A DNA stretch of 64,000 nucleotides from the human T2T-CHM13v2.0 reference genome, Homo sapiens. Below, piece after piece: positions 57,991 to 64,000 of this stretch (position 1 is the first letter of the stretch; the number at the start of each line of letters is the position of its first letter). Below the pieces are notes generated by a model. The model was not told the origin of the DNA. It was given only the letters and a program-made list of their open reading frames with translations, and did no database searches. Both the position numbers and the translations under genes were made by a program. The stretch is taken from the NCBI RefSeq assembly GCF_009914755.1, contig NC_060925.1. One strand, 5' to 3'.

Positions 57991-60596
57991 ATGGAATCGT
58001 CATCGAATGAATTGAATGCAATCATCGAATGGTCTCGAATGGAAACATCTTCAAATGGAATGGAATGGAATCATCGCATACAATCGAATGGAATTATCAT
58101 CGAATGGAATCGAATGGAATCAACATCAAACGGAAAAAAACGGAATTATCGAATGGAATCGAAGAGAATCATCGAATGGACCCGAATGGAATGATCTAAT
58201 GGAATGGAATGGAATAATCCATGGACTCGAATGCAATCATCATCGAATGGAATCGAATGGAATCATCGAATGGACTCGAATGGAATAATCATTGAACGGA
58301 ATCGAATGGAATCATCATCGGATGGAAATGAATGGAATCATCATCGAATGGAATCGAATAGAATTATGGAATGAAATCCAGTGTGATCATCATCGAATGG
58401 ACCCGAATGGAATCATCATCCAACGGAAGCTAATGGAATCAACATCGAATGAATCAAATGGAAACACCATCGAATTGAAACGAATGGAATTACCATGAAA
58501 TTGAAATGGATGGACTCATCCTCAAATGGATTCGAGTGGAATCATCGAATAAAATTGATTGAAATCATCATCGAATGGAATCGAATGGTATCATTGAATG
58601 GAATCGAATGGAATCATCATCAGATGGAAATGAAAGGAATCGTCATAGAATGGAATCGAATGGATTCATTGAATGGAATCAGATGGAATCATTGAATGGA
58701 CTGGAATGGAATCATTGAATGGACTCGAAAGGGATCATTATTGAATGGAATTGAATGGAATCATCGAATGGTCTCGATTGGAATCATTATCAAATGGAAT
58801 CGAATGGAATCACCAAATAGAATCGAATGGAACAATCATCGAATGGACTCAAATGGAATTATCCTCAAATGGAATTGAATGGAATTATCGAATGCAATCG
58901 AATGGAATTATCGAATGCAATCGAATAGAATCATCGAATGGACTCGAATGGAATCATCGAATGGAATGGAATGGAACAGTCAATGAACTCGAATGGAATC
59001 ATCATTGAATGGAATCGAATGGAATCATCGAGTGGAATCGAATGTAATCATCATCAAATGGAATCAAAAATAACCATCATCAAATGGAATCAAAAATAAC
59101 CATCATCAATTGGTATTGAATGGAATTCTCATCAAATGGAATTCAAAGGAATCATCATCGAATGGAACCGAATGGAATCCTCATTGAATGGAAATGAAAG
59201 GGGTCATCATCTAATGGAAGCGCATGGAATCATCATCAAATGGAATCGAATGGAATCAACATCAAATGGAATCAAATGGAATCATTGAACGGAATTGAAT
59301 GGAATCGTCATCGAATGAATTGAATGCAATCATCGAATGGTCTCGAATGGAATCATCTTCAAATGGAATGGAATGGAATCATCGCATAGAATCGAATGGA
59401 ATTTTCATCGAATGGAATCGAATGGAATCAACATCAAACGGAAAAAAACGGAATTATCGAATGGAATCGAAGAGAATCACCGAATGGACCCGAATGGAAT
59501 CATCTAATGGAATGGAATGGAATAATCCATGGACTCGAATGCAATCATCATCGAATGGAATCATCGAATGGACTCGAATGGAATAATCATTGAACGGAAT
59601 CGAATGGAATCATCATCGGATGGAAATGAATGGAATCATCATCGAATGGAATCGAATAGAATTATGGAATGAAATCCAGTGTGATCATCATCGAATGGAC
59701 CCGAATGGAATCATCATCCAACGGAAGCTAATGGAATCAACATCGAATGAATCAAATGGAAACACCATCGAATTGAAACGAATGGAATTACCATGAAATT
59801 GAAATGGATGGACTCATCCTCAAATGGATTCGAGTGGAATCATCGAATAAAATCGATTGAAATCATCATCGAATGGAATAGAATGGTATCATTGAATGGA
59901 ATCGAATGGAATCATCATCAGATGGAAATGAAAGGAATCGTCATAGAATGGAATCGAATGGATTCATTGAATGGAATCAGATGGAATCATTGAATGGACT
60001 GGAATGGAATCATTGAATGGACTCGAAAGGGATCATTATTGAATGGAATTGAATGGAATCATCGAATGGTCTCGATTGGAATCATTATCAAATGGAATCG
60101 AATGGAATCACCGAATAGAATCGAATGGAACAATCATCGAATGGACTCAAATGGAATTATCCTCAAATGGAATCGAATGGAATTATCGAATGCAATCGAA
60201 TGGAATTATCGAATGCAATCGAATAGAATCATCGAATGGACTCGAATGGAATCATCGAATGGAATGGAATGGAACAGTCAATGAACTCGAATGGAATCAT
60301 CATTGAATGGAATCGAATGGAATCATCGAGTGGAATCGAATGTCATCATCATCAAATGGAATCAAAAATAACCATCATCAAATGGAATCAAAAGTAACCA
60401 TCATCAATTGGTATTGAATGGAATTCTCATCAAATGGAATTCAAAGGAATCATCATCAAATGGAACCGAATGGAATCCTCATTGAATGGAAATGAAAGGG
60501 GTCATCATCTAATGGAATCGCATGGAATCATCATAAAATGGAATAGAATGGAATCAACATCAAATGGAATCAAATGGAATCATTGAACGGAATTGA
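57991..60596 (+). repeat. Tandem pair of related B modules (1308 + 1298 bp)
   Basis: Both carry CATCCTCAAATGGATTCGAGTGG, ATGAAAGGAATCGTC, GAATTCTCATC and the doubled CAAAAATAACC monomer. The second copy lacks 10 bp near 59555. Confidence 0.87.
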
Positions 60597-62619
60597 ATGG
60601 AATCGTCATCGAATGAATTGAATGCAATCATCGAATGGTCTCGAATGGAATCATCTTCAAATGGAATGGAATGGAATCATCGCATAGAATCGAATGGAAT
60701 TATCATCGAATGGAATCGAATGGAATCAACATCAAACGGAAAAAAACGGAATTATCGAATGGAATCGAAGAGAATCATCGAATGGACCCGAATGGAATCA
60801 TCTAATGGAATGGAATGGAATAATCCATGGACTCGAATGCAATCATCATCGAATGGAATCGAATGGAATCATCGAATGGACTCGAATGGAATAATCATTG
60901 AACGGAATCGAATGGAATCATCATCGGATGGAAATGAATGGAATCATCATCGAATGGAATCGAATAGAATTATGGAATGAAATCCAGTGTGATCATCATC
61001 GAATGGACCCGAATGGAATCATCATCCATCGGAAGCAAATGGAATCAACATCGAATGAATCGAATGGAAACACCATCGAATTGAAACGAATGGAATTATC
61101 ATGAAATTGAAATGGATGGACTCATCATCGAATGGATTCGAATGGAATCATCGAATAAAATTGATTGAAATCATCATCAAATGGAATCGAATGGTATCAT
61201 TGAATGGAATCGAATGGAATCATCATCAGATGGAAATGAATGGAATCGTCATAGAATGGAATCGAATGGATTCATTGAATGGAATCAGATGGAATCATCG
61301 AATGGACTGGAATGGAATCATTGAATGGACTCGAAAGGGATCATGATTGAATGGAATTGAATTGAATCATCGAATGGTCTCGATTGGAATCATTATCAAA
61401 TGGAATCGAATGGAATCACCGAATAGAATCGAATGGAACAATCATCGAATGGACTCAAATGGAATTATCCTCAAATGGAATCGAATGGAATTATCGAATG
61501 CAATCGAATGGAATTATCGAATGCAATCGAATAGAATCATCGAATGGACTCGAATGGAATCATCGAATGGAATGGAATGGAACAGTCAATGAACTCGAAT
61601 GGAATCATCATTGAATGGAATCGAATGGAATCATCGAGTGGAATCGAATGGAATTATGATCAAATGGAATCGAATGTAATCATCATCAAATGGAATCAAA
61701 AATAACCATCATCAATTGGTATTGAATGGAATTGTCATCAAATGGAATTCAAAGGAAACATCATCAAATGGAACCGAATGGAATCCTCATTGAATGGAAA
61801 TGAAAGGGGTCATCATATAATGGAATCGCATGGAATCATCATCAAATGGAATCGAATGGAATCATCATCAAATGGAATCTAATGGAATCATTCAACAGAA
61901 TTGAATGGAATCGTCATCGAATGAATTGAATGCAATCATCGAATGGTCTCGAATGGAACCATCTTCTAATGGAAAGGAATGGAATCATCGCATAGAATCG
62001 AATGGAATTGTCATCGAATGGAATCGAATGGTATCAACACCAAACGGAAAAAAACGGAATTATCGAATGGAATCGAAGAGAATCTTCGAACGGACCCGAA
62101 TGGAATCATCTAATGGAATGGAATGGAATAATCCATGGTCTCGAATGCAATCATCATCGAATGGAATCGAATGGAATCATCGAATGGACTCGAATGCAAT
62201 AATCATTGAACGGAATCGAATGGAATCATCATCGGATGGAAACGAATGGAATCATCATCGGATGGGAATGAAAGGAGTCATCATCTAATGGAATTGCATG
62301 GAATCATCATCAAATGGAATCGAATGGAATCAACATCAAATGGAATCAAATGGAATCATTGAACGGAATTGAATGGAATCGTCATCGAATGAATTGAATG
62401 CAATCATCGAATGGTCTCGAATGGAATCATCTTCAAATGGAATGGAATGGAATCATCGCATAGAATCGAATGGAATTCTCATCGAATGGAATCGAATGGA
62501 ATCAACATCAAACGGAAAAAAACGGAATTATCGAATGGAATCGAAGAGAATCATCGAATGGGCCCGAATGGAATCATCTAATGGAATGGAATGGAATAAT
62601 CCATGGACTCGAATGCAAT

Positions 62620-64000
62620 CATCATCTAATGGAATCGAATGGAATCATCGAATGGACTCGAATGGAATAATCATTGAACGGAATCGAATGGAATCATCAT
62701 CGGATGGAAATGAATGGAATCATTATCGAATGGAATCGAATAGAATTATGGAATGAAATCCAGTGTCATCATCATCGAATGGACCCGAATGGAATCATCA
62801 TCCAACGGAAGCTAATGGAATCAACATCGAATGAATCGAATGGAAACACCATCGAATTGAAACGAGTGGAATTATCATGAAATTGAAATGGATGGACTCA
62901 TCATCGAATGGATTCGAATGGAATCATCGAATAAAATTGATTGAAATCGTCATCAAATGGAATCGAATGGAAGCATTGAGTGGAATCGAATGGAATCATC
63001 ATCAGATGGAAATGAATGGAATCGTCATAGAATGGAATCGAATGGATTCATTGAATGGAATCAGATGGAATCTTCGAATGGACTGGAATGGAATCATTGA
63101 ATGGACTCGAAAGGGATCATTATTGAATGGAATTGAATGGAATCATCGAATGGTCTCGATTGGAATCATTATCAAATGGAATCGAATGGAATCACCGAAT
63201 AGAATCGAATGGAACAATCATCGAATGGACTCAAATGAAATTATCCTCAAGTGGAATCGAATGGAATTATCGAATGCAATCGAATGGAATTATCGAATGC
63301 AATCGAATAGAATCATCGAATGGACTCGAATGTAATCATCAAATGGAATGGAATGGAACAGTCAATGAACTCGAATGGAATCATCATTGAATGGAATCGA
63401 ATGGAATCATCGAGTGGAATCGAATGGAATTATGATCAAATGGAATCGAATGTAATCATCATCAAATGGAATCAAAAATAACCATCATCAATTGGTATTC
63501 AATGGAATTGTCATCAAATGGAATTCAAAGGTATCATCATCAAATGGAACCGAATGGAATCCTCATTGAATGGAAATGAAAGGGGTCATCATCTAATGGA
63601 ATCGCATGGAATCATCATCAAATGGAATCGAATGGAATCATCATCAAATGGAATCTAATGGAATCATTGAAAGAATTGAATGGAATCGTCATCGAATGAA
63701 TTGAATGCAATCATCGAATGGTCTCGAATGGAATCATCTTCTAATGGAAAGGAATGGAATCATCGCATAGAATCGAATGGAATTATCATCGAATGGAATC
63801 GAATGGTATCAACACCAAAAGGAAAAAAACGGAATTATGGAATGGAATCGAAGAGAATCTTCGAACGGACCCGAATGGAATCATCTAATGGAATGGAATG
63901 GAATAATCCATGGACTCGAATGCAATCATCAACGAATGGAATCGAATGGAATCATCGAATGGACTCGAATGGAATAATCATTGAACGGAATCGAATGGAA
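62620..64000 (+). repeat. Near-identical copy of ~56463-57843 (offset 6157 bp), running off the window end
   Basis: Shared CATCTAATGGAATCG, CAGTGTCATC, GAAATCGTCATC, GGAAGCATTGAGTGG, CAAAGGTATC, the 1-bp deletion in TTGAAAGAATT, ACCAAAAGG and ATTATGGAATGG. Confidence 0.88.

Larger units (their letters stand above)
1..64000 (+). repeat. Satellite II (HSat2/HSATII) pericentromeric tandem array, GGAAT strand on + (CATTC on -)
   Basis: The whole window consists of GAATGGAATCGAATGGAATCATCATC-like 23/26-bp monomers with dense TCGA. ATC triplets and CpG interrupting the GGAAT pentamers distinguish HSat2 from HSat3. No unique sequence or strand switch was seen. Confidence 0.98.
1..64000. other. Probable human chr1q12 HSat2A (1.77-kb, pUC1.77/D1Z1-type) heterochromatin
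   Basis: The period is 1776 bp, with one conserved GAATTC per unit (e.g. 1558-1563 in ATGGAATTCAAAGG). The chr1q12 satellite is known to have a ~1.77-kb EcoRI unit. Locus and species are inferred, not mapped. Confidence 0.8.

Noticed and set aside
39-63977. Hundreds of + strand ORFs of 60-163 aa (MESSSNEL..., MELSSNG..., MKLKWMD...)
   Set aside because: These are translations of GGAAT-derived repeats (MEWNG) in overlapping frames, randomly broken by stops and frameshifts. ATG is intrinsic to the monomer. The minus strand lacks ORFs because TCA on + reads as TGA. There is no evidence of coding function.
1-64000. CRISPR-like regular short repeats
   Set aside because: There are no unique spacers, leader or cas genes; the sequence is contiguous satellite.
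1-64000. HSat3 (DYZ1 or chr9 HSF1-bound), alpha satellite or telomeric repeat
   Set aside because: GGAAT runs are only ~3 copies long and are interrupted by ATC triplets and CG. There is no 171-bp monomer and no TTAGGG. The 3552-bp dimer resembles the DYZ1 length only by coincidence.

Overview
All 64 kb is one uninterrupted, single-orientation array of human-type classical satellite II (HSat2/HSATII). The purine-rich GGAAT strand is on +, built from degenerate 23- and 26-bp monomers (GAATGGAATC-GAATGGAATC-ATC[ATC]). The dominant period is 1776 bp, made of a 468-bp module A plus a 1308-bp module B, with one EcoRI site per unit. This matches the chromosome 1q12 1.77-kb satellite (pUC1.77/D1Z1, HSat2A); the locus assignment is inference. 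I see no genes, RNA genes, transposon insertions, inversions or CRISPR array, and the ORF track is a repeat artefact. I found no new protein-coding or mobile system. The interesting content is nested repeat architecture: the 1776-bp unit looks like a degenerate tetramer; nine length-perfect units span 5989-21972; a 4612-bp higher-order repeat occurs three times (28608-42443); and a more diverged mosaic domain (42.3-57.5 kb) has block duplications at ~9.3, 7.6 and 3.1 kb offsets, with another at 6157 bp near the end. Several recombination and conversion junctions can be mapped, and DUX4-type motifs are gained and lost between units. All alignments were done by eye using module start positions and diagnostic variants.
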